From Octopus vulgaris (lineage: Eukaryota), in contig OX597835.1 in assembly GCA_951406725.2 (NCBI GenBank), positions 10,478,001 to 10,542,000 of the forward strand: a stretch of 64,000 nucleotides of DNA, given 5' to 3'. The notes under the pieces are model-generated. The model had not been told where the DNA came from. It saw nothing but the letters and a program-made list of their open reading frames with translations, and searched no databases. The position numbers and the translations under genes were made by a program. Below, one piece after another: positions 12,645 to 24,520 of the stretch. Within the stretch, counting starts at the first letter, position 1; the number at the start of each line of letters is the position of its first letter.

Positions 12645-12870
12645 TATTTCTTTATTACCCACAAGGGGCTAAACACAGAGGGGACAAACAAGGACAGACA
12701 TAGGTATTAAGTCGATTACATCGAACCCAGTGCGTAACTTGTACTTAATTTATCGACCCCGAAAGGATGAAAGGCAAAGTCGACCTCGGCGGAATTTGAA
12801 CTCACAACGTAACGGCAGACGAAATACCGCTAAGCATTTCGCCCGGCGCGCTAACGTTTTTGCCAGTTCG
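12645..12870 (-). mobile_element. Nin-domain-like SINE nested in an older relative
   Basis: Body GAGGTCGACTTTGCCTTTCATCCTTTCGGGGTCGATAAATTAAGTAC; 18-bp duplication CAGACCAGAATGAATACC at 12627-12644 and 12871-12888. Confidence 0.85.
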
Positions 12871-13247
12871 CAGACCAGAATGAATACCACAAGGTATTTT
12901 GTCCGATGCTCTTACAATTCCGCCCATTCCTCCTGTTGTTGTCTATCAGTCTATTAATTTATTTGACCTCACCTTGAAACACATCCAATCGCAATTATTG
13001 GTTCTGAGCATGAAATATTCTCCGCTGAGGAAGTCTGTACTTTTGTAACAAAGTGATTATATCCTTCTGTTACTGTTGAGTTTAACTCACAAACAGTTGT
13101 CATGGAAACCGACACAGCATGTATAATATAATGTAGGAAGCTACTGCATGAATAAAATATTGTTGTAGCCACTGAGTGTACAACATAGACTTGTAACTTG
13201 AGTGTATAATATATGATTGTAGTTAGCTGTGCATATATAATATACAC

Positions 13248-13406
13248 ACAGGAGTGGCTGTGTGGTAAGTCGCTTGCTTACCAACCACATGATTCTGGGT
13301 TCAGTCCCACTGTGTGGCACCTTGGGCAGGTGTCTTCTACTATAGCCTCGGGCCGACCAAAGCCTTGTGAGTGGATTTTGATAGATGGAAACTGAAAGAA
13401 GCTCGT

Positions 13407-13443
<37 letters not shown>

Positions 13444-13612
13444 ATGTTTGTGTGTCTGTGTTTGTCCCCCCCCACATCGCTTGATAACCGATGCTGGTAT
13501 GTTTACATCCCCGTCACTTAGCAGTTCAGCAAGAGAGACTGATAGACTAAGTACTAGGCTTACAAAGGCTTACAAAGAATAAGACCTGGGGTCGATTTGC
13601 TCGACTAAAGGC
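13248..13612 (+). mobile_element. ~400 bp tRNA/CORE-like SINE
   Basis: Same family, 3' end clipped. Confidence 0.82.
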
Positions 13613-13957
13613 ATATCACCTGAAGAAATGAATGCATGAACATGATCCACCCAATGACCCCGGATACTACGGACTGTACTATAATCGCCTCAGGAATACA
13701 GACTATATTCTTAAGAAACATGTGATTTGTGGAAAGGCACATAGCGATGCATTAAAATATTTATAAGTTCCACCCACGGATTATTATTATTATTATTACT
13801 ATATTTATTGTATATTATATCGGTACAACTCGGTATGACCCCTGAAAACTGGTATCATCAGTTGGCATCATTAAGCTGTAGCCGGCAGAATAAAATAGGA
13901 ACTTTGGTAATTGTATTCAAATCGTTTCCTGTAAACGAACTTAAACAATATATATCG

Positions 13958-14270
13958 TCATCATCATCATTGTTTAACATCTGCTTTCCATGCTAGCATG
14001 GGTTGGACAGTTTGACTGAGGTCTGGTGAACCAGATGGCTGCACCAGATGGCTGCACCAGGCTCCAATCTGGTCTGGCAAAGTTTCTACAGCTGGATGTG
14101 CTTCCTAACGCCAACCATTCCAGGAATGTAGTGGGTGCTTTCATGTGCCACTGGCACAAGGGCCAGTCAGGCGGTTCTGGCAACGACCACGCTCAAAGGG
14201 CGCTTTTTATGTGCCACCTGCACAGGAGCCAGTCCAGCAGCACTGGCAACATGCTTGAATGGTGCTTTTA
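13958..14270 (-). mobile_element. RTE LINE 3'-end fragment
   Basis: Reverse complement of the shared 3' UTR, (CAT)n at left end. Confidence 0.83.
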
Positions 14271-14294
14271 TATATATATATATATATATATCAC

Positions 14295-14811
<517 letters not shown>

Positions 14812-15414
14812 GAGGATAATATCGATATTTAAGTATCCATATAGTCAGAGTTTCGACTGCTATTTCGGCATGTTGGTGTCTCTTAGACACCCTCATTTTT
14901 AATTAATTATATATATATATATATAGTTATAGGAAGCTGGGCATATGTAATACGAATTGTTGTATAAAGCTAAGGTGTTTTTATTTCTGTAAATGTGGAT
15001 ATTTTTGACAACTGTTAACTATTTCAACATTGATGAAATCCTGTCCAAAGTCCATAAATATTTGATGAGCCTGCAATCTCCATGGTTGAGGATATTTGCC
15101 AATATCTGACATTAATGTTCAGTGGCGGCATTATTTTCATGTTTACTCTTCCATTTTTATAATTTTTCTCTACAATGCATAAAATAATTATCAAGTTTTA
15201 TTCTATTTCTTTATATTTTCACCTATTTATTCATGTAACCATACGTAGACATGTTTTGGCAAATGTAGAATTTAGATCACTCAAACCTTTTTGTTACCAT
15301 ATTTTTTTTGCAATAACATTGCTTTTGTTTCAATTATTATTGAAAATAATGAAGAAATCAGTACAGTAGCTTTATCACAACAAACTTGTGTCTTAAACAG
15401 AAATTAACGAGAAG

Positions 15415-16010
15415 GTGGTGAGGTGGCAGAAACGTTAGCACGCCAAGTGAAAATGCTTAGCGGTATTTCGTCTGCCGCTACGTTCTGAGTTCAAATTCCG
15501 TCGAGGTTGACTTTGCCTTTCATCCTTTCGGGGTCGATTAAATAAGTACCAGTTACGCACTGGGGTCAATATAATCGACTTAATCCGTTTGTCCTTGTTT
15601 TTCCCCACTGTGTGTAGCCCCTTGTGGGCAGTAAAGAAATAGGTATTTCGTCTGCTGTTACGTTCTGAGTTCAAATTCTGCTGAGGTCGACTTTGCCTTC
15701 CAACCTTTCAGGGTCGATAAATTAAGTACCAGTTACTCACTGGGGTCGATGTAATTGACTTAATCCCTTTGTCTGTCCTTGTTTGTCACCTCTATGTTTA
15801 GCCCCTTGTGGGTAGTAAAGAAATAGGTATTTCGTCTGCTGTTACGTTCTGAGTTCAAATTCTGCTGAGGTCGACTTTGCCTTTCATCCTTTTGATGCTG
15901 ATTAAATAAGTACCAGTTACGCACTGGAGTCGATGTAATCGACTTAATCCATTTGTCTGTCCTTATTTGTCGCCTCTGTGTTTAGCCCCTTGTGGAGAAT
16001 AAAGAAATAA
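15415..16010 (+). mobile_element. Three tandem Nin-domain-like SINE units
   Basis: Units of ~180 bp joined at AAAGAAATA/GGTATTTCGTCTGC. Other copies at 1-400(-), 5083-5318(-), 27570-27796, 37045-37465, 56470-57100, 57895-58330. Confidence 0.85.
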
Positions 16011-16717
16011 GAAATTAACAAGAAATTTTGATGGAAAGTTTTAATTTAGATCACTTTAACCCTTTTGTTACCATATTTCTACCGAAAAACACTACAGTTG
16101 TTTCAATTAATTTTGAAAACAATGAGGAAGTTAATAAAATAGCTTTATAAGCTGATGTTTAAATATTAACATGAAATTTTGATGGAAAGTTTTAATCCAA
16201 TACTGATTTGTGTATTTATTCTTAATACATCCTGCTAGATTCAGGCACAAATAAGCTAGTCAGTGTTGTGTATGTCACAGGAGAACACCTCACTTTTACA
16301 ACAGATGTGTGCTCATAACACATTTGACTCATTGATGCAAAGTATCCTGGGATGTAAGTGTTTTGACATGTTTCTTGTCAGCCACAAGTAACCAGAACTT
16401 TTGAGCCTAAACCAGCCTCTGACCTTGTTTATAATTTCAGCAAACAAAGCTGTTTGCTGATCAGTGCTTATATCTGCCAACCAATACAAAATCACTGTTT
16501 GTACTGTTTAGTTTGCATTATAAGACCAAGGGAATTGTCAGGTAGGTTGGAATGAAAGCAGATAAGGTTTGTTGTTTCACTCCTTTAAAAAACAAGAATG
16601 AAAGCTAAATGAATTGGGTCCTGTGAAGCCCCTTGCTATGACTAAGAAATTAAATTAGTTGTAGCTCTGTTGTACAGTAGGGAAAGTCATGTGGCTATTA
16701 TAAGGTATACAATATAT

Positions 16718-17128
16718 GTAGGTGTGGCTGTGTGGGTAAGAAGCTTGCCTCCCAACTGAAAGGTGTTGGGTTCAGTCCCACTGCATGGCGAGTATCTTGC
16801 ACTTAAGCTCAGGCCAAACCAAAACCTTGTGAGTTGATTCAGTAGACAGAATTAAAACTGGTTTACTTGTGTGTGTGTGTGTGTATGTGTTATTGTCTCC
16901 TTACTTGGTCTTGTGTGATAGTTGTAAATGAGTGTCAGTGTCATACAAGCAGTGTCCTTCATTAGAAATCTTCTGTAAAAACATGTCTAGAAATATTGCT
17001 TTACCTTGAAACGGGTGAGGGTTGGCAACAGGAAGAGCATCTTGCTGTAGAAAATCTGCCTTGACAAATTCTGTTTGAGCCATGTGAACATGAAAAAAAA
17101 AGGACATTAAAATGATGATGATGATGAT
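16718..17128 (+). mobile_element. SINE with the CORE-like family head and an RTE-derived 3' tail
   Basis: Head GTGGCTGTGTGG...GGTTCAGTCCCACTGC; tail GGTTGGCAACAGGAAGAGCATC...GGACATTAAAA(TGA)n homologous to the RTE 3' end. Confidence 0.7.
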
Positions 17129-17774
17129 TGTAGCGTTTGATCTCCGGGCCCTTTGGTCAGCTGTCCAGCATGTTAGACTCACTATAACTAATTACAATTA
17201 TTGATAAATTTAAAAATACCTAAAAAAAATCAATGAAGTTGATTGACAGAGCTATTTATAACCAAACCGGAATCAATAAACTCCGGAGTATGGTGCTTGG
17301 GAATAGAAGTCAAGTTTAGCAAGGAAAATTATTGACTTATTACACTGCATAACAACTTCTTAAAACCATAATTAAAATCTAAAAATAAAATAACCAAGTA
17401 ATCTGAATTCCCGTAATAACTTGTAAATTCGTATATTAAAACTGAATTAACAGCGGCTGTTAATGGAAAGATTGGCAACATTTAGAATTGCTTGTCTCAG
17501 AACTGACGTCGAAAGACTTTGTGTAGTCAGCGTTGGTGCAAGGAGCTTTGAGAAAGCTCTGGAAGTTGAAAGGTGTTGTGTACATCGACCCCAGTGCATG
17601 ACTGGTACTTGTTTTATTGACCCCCCGAGAGGATGAAAGGCAAAGGCAACTTTGGCAGAATTTGTAAAGACAGATGAAATGCTGATAAGAATTTTATCCA
17701 GCATGTTAATGGTTCCGCCATCTTGCCACCCTGTTTATTGGAAATATTCCAATTGACGAAAAAATAATTAACAT

Positions 17775-18178
17775 AGGCGCAGGAGTGGCTGTGTGGTAAG
17801 TAGCTTGCTTACCAACCACATGGTTCCGGGTTCAGTCCCACTGCGTGGCACCTTGGGCAAGTGTCTTCAACTATAACCTCGAGCCGACCAAAGCCTTGTG
17901 AGTGGATTTGGTAGACGGAAACTGAAAGAAGCCCATTGTATATATGTATATATATATATATGTGTATGTGTGTGTATATGTTTGTGTGTCTGTGTTTGTC
18001 CCCCTAGTATTGCTTGGTGTGTTTATGTCCCCGTCACTTAGCGGTTCGACAAAAGAGACCGATAGAATAAGTACTAGGCTTACAAAGAATAAGTCCCGGG
18101 TCAAGTTGCTCGATTAAAGGTGGTGCTCCAGCATGGCCGCAGTCAAATGACTGAAACAAGTAAAAGAGTAAAAGAGTA
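17775..18178 (+). mobile_element. ~400 bp tRNA/CORE-like SINE with internal (TA)n(TG)n; a second, older copy follows at 18181-18690
   Basis: AGGCGCAGGAGTGGCTGTGTGG head, GGTTCAGTCCC B box, CCTTGGGCAAGT core, tail GAAACAAGTAAAAGAG. Confidence 0.85.
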
Positions 18179-18415
18179 ATAGGCGCAGGCATGGCTGTGT
18201 GGTAAGAAGCTTGTTTCCCAACCACATGGTTCTGGGTTCAGTTCCACTTCATGACCACTTTGGTTGAGTGTCTCCTACTCTACCCCCGGGCTGACCAAAG
18301 CCTTGTGAGTGGATTTGATAGATAGAAACTGAAAGGAGCTAATCCTATATGTGTGTGTGTGTATGAGTGTGTATATGTATGTATGTATGTGTCTGTGTAT
18401 GAGTGTGTTTATGTA

Positions 18416-18464
<49 letters not shown>

Positions 18465-18927
18465 TGTATATGTGTGTGTGTATCTTTGTGTCTATGTTTC
18501 TCCAACCAATTGCTGGTGTATTTATGTCTCTGTAACTTAGTGGTTCAGCAAAAATGACTGATAGAATAAGTCCCAGGCTCAAGAAAGTAAAAAAAAAAAA
18601 AGAACAGGGGTTGATTCATTTGAGTACAAATTCTTGAAGGCGGTGCTCCAGCTTGGCCGCAGTCTAACAATTGAAACAAGTAAAAGACAAAAGATATCAA
18701 CGTCGTCGTCATCGTTTGAACTTCCACTTTTCCATTCTTGCAAGCGGCAGAGTTTCTCTGGTTGGATGCTCTTCCTGTCACCAACCCATGCATGTTTCCA
18801 AGCAAGAGAATGTTTCCCCCATGGACAGACATTGTCTTCATGAGGGAATGGAAATGAACAGCATCACTTTTACAATGATAAGCTTTGTTTACAACTATCT
18901 CTCTCCCTCCCTCCCTCTCTCACCCTC

Positions 18928-18977
<50 letters not shown>

Positions 18978-18980
<3 letters not shown>

Positions 18981-19297
18981 TGCCAGTGGCATGTAAAAGA
19001 ACCATCCGAATGTGGCCGTTGCCAACGCTGCCCTGACTGGCCTCCGTGCCGGTGGCATGTAAAAAGCACCAACTGATCATGGCCGTTGCCAGCCTCGTCT
19101 GGCACCTGTGCTGGTGGCACGTAAAAAGCACCCACTACACTCACGGAGTGGTTGGCGTTAGGAAGGGCATCCAGATGTAGAAACACTGCCAGATCAGACT
19201 GGGCCTGGTGCAGCCTTCTGGTTTCCCAGACCCCAGTTGAACCATCCAACCCATGCTAGCATGGAAAACGGACGTTAAACGATGATGATGATGATGA
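18978..19297 (+). mobile_element. RTE LINE 3'-end fragment inserted in (TA)n
   Basis: Shared 3' UTR, (TA)n on both sides. Confidence 0.85.
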
Positions 19298-20071
19298 TAT
19301 ATATATATATATATATATATCTTCATTCATATTCAGTCATTGGCTTCTTTCAGTTTCTGTGCACCAAATCCGTTCTCAAGGTTCTAGTTGGCCCAAGGCA
19401 ACTCGGTGAAGCTGAACCTGAATCCTCTTGGTTTGGTAGCAAGCTTCCTAACCGCACAGCCAGGGAAAGGCAAGGGAGAGAACTCTGAAATTTAAAATCA
19501 TCAAAAATTGAGACCTATAGTGAAGAGTGAGTTTGATAGGTTTGGTGACAACTTAGTGCATGTTTCAGTCTTATTAGAACTCCTCAGCATTTCATAATTT
19601 CATGTTCAGAAACATAATACTCTCAAGTTCCCTCTTTGGCCACCATTGGTCTTTGGAAGCTCAAGCAGAAGGTGAACTTTATAAAACAGCTTATTTTTAT
19701 TATTTTTTTTTATTCATGTATGTAGGACTGTTTCAAGGGAAATGGCAAGAAGGGGAAGAGCTAAAAATTATGGACTCTGGTTAGATTTGCAAAAGATTAT
19801 GGTCTTTGTTCTTCCCTTTCTAACTTGCCATTTCCCTTGAAACAGTCCTACATACATGAATACAAAAAAAAAAAATTAAAAAATAAAAGTAAACAGTTTT
19901 AAAAAATCTTTCATAAAAATCACTGCCGTGTAAAAAAATCAATGAAACATCTTGCAAAATAGTCGTTTGTATTCAGTTTTGTATTGACTGAATGCTAAGT
20001 GCTTTGTGTTCACTGCACAATACAAAAGACCGATACCCTGTAACCTTCAATGATTACTTATTCTGTTATTA

Positions 20072-22279
20072 TTGAAGGGAAATATATATATATATATTAC
20101 GTGGTGGTGGAATAGTGCAGTAGATAAAGCCATCTGTGAAAAGAGACGGGCCTGGAAAGCCTGGAAGGATGGGGGCAGCAGGGAACTGTACCAGATAGCC
20201 AAAAGGGAGGCTGGGCGGCAGGTATACATTGCCAAAGATGTAGCAGAAAAGAAGAAGTTTGCCAATGTCCAGCGTCGCGAGGATCAAAGAGCTGAAGTAT
20301 TTCGGATTGCCAGACAGTGTGTCAGAGAAAATAGCAATGTTATAGGAGAGAAATGTGTCCGCATGGATGATGGGGCACTTGCTTTTACTACTAGTGAAAA
20401 GAAAGAGGCTTGGAGAAGCCATTATGAAAGACTGCTGAATGAGGAGAATGAATGGGAGGAGGAGAGCCTGCCAAATGTTGACCCAGTAGAGGGACCAGCT
20501 ACCCGAATAGACAGCTCCCTTGTAGATAAGGCAATTAAGGATATGAAACCAGGCAAAGCCCCTGGCCTATCAGGAATCACTGCTGAGATGCTTAAAACAG
20601 CTGGCTATGTGGGCCATGCCATAGTCACCCGCATTGTAAACCAGGTAGTTCACAATGGAGCCATACCCAATGACTGGTGCAACAGTACCATAGTCAACTG
20701 CTACAAGGGTAAGGGTGATGCTCTAGATAGAAATAACTACAGAGGTATCAAACTGTTGGACCAGGTGATGAAGGTCTCAGAGAAGGTCATAACCAATCTC
20801 ATTAGGGAGAGAATTTGTTTAGATGAAATGCAGTTCGGTTTTGTACCAGGTAGAAGCACCACTGATGCTATATTCCTGGTCCAACAACTGCAGGAGAAGT
20901 ACCTAGCTAAAGATAAACCCCTCTACATAGCTTTTGTAGACTTGGAGAAAGCCTTTGACAGGGTTCCCCGTTCCCTTATCTGGTGGTCGATGCGGAAACT
21001 GGAGATTGAAGAATGGCTAATAAGGGCTGTACAGGCTCTATACAGAGAGGCTGTTAGCAAGGTTAGGATTGGCAACGAATATAGTGAAGAATTCCGAGTA
21101 GAAGTAGGTGTGCACCAGGGCTCAGCCCTCAGTCCCCTTTTATTCATCATAGTCCTTCAGGCAATAACAGAGGAATTCAAAACGGGATGCCCCTGGGAGC
21201 TCCTCTATGCCGATGACCTAGCTCTCATAGCAGAATCACTACCGGAACTAGAAGAGAAATTTCGGGTGTGGAAGCAAGGGTTGGAATCAAAGGGCCTTAG
21301 AATAAATGTAGCAAAGACCAAAGTATTAGTAAGCAGCAAGAGGTACTCAACACACATCCCCTCGGGTAGGTGGCCCTGCTCAACCTGTAGGAAAGGTACA
21401 GGTAGAAACTCCATAAGATGCACCCAATGTAAGTTATGGACACATAAGAGATGCAGCAACATTAAAGGGAAATTAACAGATAAGATAGCTTTCATGTGCG
21501 GCAGATGCACAGGGACAATAGACACAACAGACACTCAGAAAACAGATTCCATCACACTCCAGGGAGAGAAACTAGAAGTAGTTGATAGTTTCCGCTACCT
21601 GGGAGACCAAGTTAGTAGCGGAGGTGGATGCACAGAGAGTATCACCACTAGAATACGAATAGCCTGGGCAAAGTTCAGAAAGCTCCTACCCCTACTGGCA
21701 ACAAAAGGCCTCTCCCTCAGAGCAAAAGGTAGATTGTATGATGCATGTGTGCGAACTGCCATGCTTCACGGTAATGAAACATGGGCTGTGACTGCAGAAG
21801 ACATGCGTAGACTTGAAAGAAATGAAGCTAGCATGATCTGCTGGATGTGTAGTGTCAGTGTGCACGCAAAACAGAGTGTAAGTATCCTGAGAGAAATGCT
21901 GGATATAAGAAGCATCAGATGTGGTGTGCAAGAGCGACGCTTGCGATGGTATGGTCATGTGCTGCGGATGGATGAAGAGAGATGTGTGAAGAAGTGCCAC
22001 TCCCAAACAGTTGAAGGTATCAGGGGGAGAGGTAGACCCAGGAAGACATGGGATGAGGTGGTCAAGCATGACCTCAGAGCATTGGGCCTCACTGAGGCAA
22101 TGGCGAAGGACCGAGATCTCTGGAGATATGCTGTGACTACAAAGACCCGGGCTGCTTTCTGCAGCAATTCCACATACCCCCTACCCATTCTAAGTACCCC
22201 GGATCCCCAAAGTACCCTGGATCCCCAAAGTACCCCGATCCCCAAAGTACCCCGGACCTCGTTGCCCCCGTGCTGCTGA
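20072..22279 (+). CDS. RTE LINE reverse transcriptase ORF (partial, 735 codons open)
   Basis: Non-LTR RT motifs NYRGIKLL, QFGFVPGRST, FVDLEKAFD, GVHQGSALSP, LYADD, FRYLG; RTE-type C-terminus RRLRWYGHVLR / GRGRPRKTW / DRDLW; internal C4HC3 zinc finger. The first ~10 codons are flanking DNA. Confidence 0.93.
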   Translation: MKGNIYIYITWWWNSAVDKAICEKRRAWKAWKDGGSRELYQIAKREAGRQVYIAKDVAEKKKFANVQRREDQRAEVFRIARQCVRENSNVIGEKCVRMDDGALAFTTSEKKEAWRSHYERLLNEENEWEEESLPNVDPVEGPATRIDSSLVDKAIKDMKPGKAPGLSGITAEMLKTAGYVGHAIVTRIVNQVVHNGAIPNDWCNSTIVNCYKGKGDALDRNNYRGIKLLDQVMKVSEKVITNLIRERICLDEMQFGFVPGRSTTDAIFLVQQLQEKYLAKDKPLYIAFVDLEKAFDRVPRSLIWWSMRKLEIEEWLIRAVQALYREAVSKVRIGNEYSEEFRVEVGVHQGSALSPLLFIIVLQAITEEFKTGCPWELLYADDLALIAESLPELEEKFRVWKQGLESKGLRINVAKTKVLVSSKRYSTHIPSGRWPCSTCRKGTGRNSIRCTQCKLWTHKRCSNIKGKLTDKIAFMCGRCTGTIDTTDTQKTDSITLQGEKLEVVDSFRYLGDQVSSGGGCTESITTRIRIAWAKFRKLLPLLATKGLSLRAKGRLYDACVRTAMLHGNETWAVTAEDMRRLERNEASMICWMCSVSVHAKQSVSILREMLDIRSIRCGVQERRLRWYGHVLRMDEERCVKKCHSQTVEGIRGRGRPRKTWDEVVKHDLRALGLTEAMAKDRDLWRYAVTTKTRAAFCSNSTYPLPILSTPDPQSTLDPQSTPIPKVPRTSLPPCC

Positions 22280-22530
22280 CACGTTAAAATGCTCGAACCG
22301 ATCGTGACGATGCCGGACCCTCCGGCCCCTGTGCAGGTGGCACGTAAAAAGCACCCAATCCACTCACGGAGTGGTTGGCGTTAGGAAGGGCATCCAGCCG
22401 TAGAAACTCTGCCAGATTCAGACTGGAGCCTGGAGCGGCCCCTGGCTTCCCAGACCCGGTCAAACCGTCCAACCCGTGCTAGCGCGGAAAGCGGACGTTA
22501 AACGATGATGATGATGATGATGATGATGAC
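20100..22530 (+). mobile_element. RTE-clade non-LTR retrotransposon (LINE), 5'-truncated, with 3' UTR and (GAT)n tail
   Basis: Long open RT-containing ORF, 3' UTR ending GGACGTTAAAC(GAT)n, 5' end abutting a (TA)n tract; no APE endonuclease present. Confidence 0.93.
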
Positions 22531-22912
22531 TTTCAGCAAAATTTAGATTCAGATGAATATGGTACTTATGTTAAAGGCACCAGAATTTAGTATGGTATTA
22601 TCCATATAAATCAAATGGGGTGATTATAATCAAAATAAGCAACAAGGATATCTAAGGTAGTGTGGTACAATTGTTTCATGCTACTTCATTTTATTAAACA
22701 CTTATATGTGGCTGAAGATTGCTCTGCATTTTAAAACTGATGTAATACTTACATTATTTTTTATGAAATGAAGTAGCATGAAAGAATTGTACTACACTAC
22801 CTAGGATATCTTTGTTGCTTATTTGGATATATATATATACGTTTATGACTTTGTTTTGCAAGATTCTTGATGTGAAATCACGTGTTGAAACAGATTTTGT
22901 TAAATTTCGGGA

Positions 22913-23274
22913 TGTGTGTGTGTGTGTAAGTGTATATATATATATACCGGAGTAAACACATAAATGTGAAACAAGGTGGAAAAAAGAGTACTCAAATACC
23001 AGGGGTAGAGTAATATGCTTTATTTAAAGCAGCAGAAAATTCAACAAAACCTCTTACTCTGAGTTTCACGTTCCCGTTCGTCAGACAGTTTTTGCTGTCT
23101 GATAAATGGGAACGTGAAACTCAGAGTAACAGGTTTTGTTGAATTTTCTGCTGCTTTAAATAAAGCATATTACTCTACCCCTGGTATTTGAGTACTCTTT
23201 TTTCCACCTTGTTTCACATTTATGTGTTTACTCCGGTATATATATATATATACACTTACACACACACACACACA
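22913..23274. repeat. Near-perfect DNA palindrome, ~175 bp arms
   Basis: Arms are reverse complements including the flanking (TG)n-AAG-(TA)n; loop near 23089-23094. Confidence 0.95.
23051..23088 (-). ncRNA. Minimal type I hammerhead ribozyme motif (left arm of palindrome)
   Basis: Minus strand CTGT-CTGACGA-ACG(GGAA)CGT-GAAA-CTC(A)GAGT-A-AGAG. Confidence 0.65.
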
Positions 23275-24282
23275 GATGCACACACACACACACTAAGTGT
23301 TCTTTTAGTTTTTGTCTGCAAAATCCACTCACAAAGTGTTGGTTGACCTGAGGCTATGGTAGAAGTCACTTGTCCTAGGTGGTGCACAGTGGAATTGAAC
23401 TGTGAACCATATAGTTGAGAAACAAACTACTTGCACACATGCACGCATGCATGAGCGTATGAATTGTAAATTGTGGTCTTATACTTTGGAAACGCTGCCT
23501 GGAAAGTAATTTACCAAATCTCATTAGATATCTGATTTCAAAAGCAATAAAAATAGTTTCATTTCACTGACTGAAGTCAATGTCCGAACGTGTCAACATG
23601 TTGTAAAGTTAGACTAATGAGAAGAGTCAGGTGTCAGGTTAGAAATAGTTGAAGCATGACTCATGGATCATGTCACATGTGGTGGAATTTAATCATTGTT
23701 TGAACTGGTTTTTCTTTGGTATTTTACCGAAAGAAAATCACCAAAAATCATATTTACTAGAATTGTTAAAGATTCTGTTAGTTAAAAACTGTGTACATAT
23801 AATCTTTTCTACTATAGGCACAAGGCCTGAATTTTGATGTAGGGGATCAGTTGATTACATTGACCTCCCACAGCCCCCAAGATGCAGCTGGTACTTACTT
23901 TATCATCCCTGGAAGAATATGTTATATCCTTATGGATAAACAAACACACTGCAACAGTGTGATAACAATATAATTGAAAAAAAATAATAGCAATAACCAC
24001 ATGGAATGTAACAATAAATCTTTGAAGAACCAATAATCCAACATGCTAACTCAAACTGTGAACTTTGAACTCCAACTTTGAAGTATCACCTACCTCACTT
24101 ACTCAGACTGCTGCTATTTATATGTAGGGGTCCAGTTCATTCTCACCAGGGGACGTCATACTTTTGCACAACAGAATGAAAGGCAAAGTTGACCTCAGTA
24201 GAATTTGAACTGACAACATTAAGGTAAATGAATATATATATATGTATGTATGTATATATATATTCAGATATATATATATATA

Positions 24283-24477
24283 TGCAAGTGGCACGTAAAA
24301 AGCACCCACTACACTCACGGAGTGGTTGGCGTTAGGAAGGGCATCCAGCCGTAGAAACACTGCCAGATCAGACTGGGCCTGGCGCAGCCTTCTGGCTTCC
24401 CAGACCACAGTTGAACTGTCCAACCCATGCTAGCATGGAAAACGGACGTTAAACTATGATGATGATGATGATGATGA

Positions 24478-24481
<4 letters not shown>
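24283..24481 (+). mobile_element. RTE LINE 3'-end fragment inserted in (TA)n
   Basis: Shared 3' UTR and (GAT)n tail, (TA)n flanks. Confidence 0.85.

Positions 24482-24520
<39 letters not shown>

Noticed and set aside
16313-16495. Possible minus-strand exon ILYWLADISTDQQTALFAEIINK
   Set aside because: Weak acceptor tract and donor, no recognisable homology.
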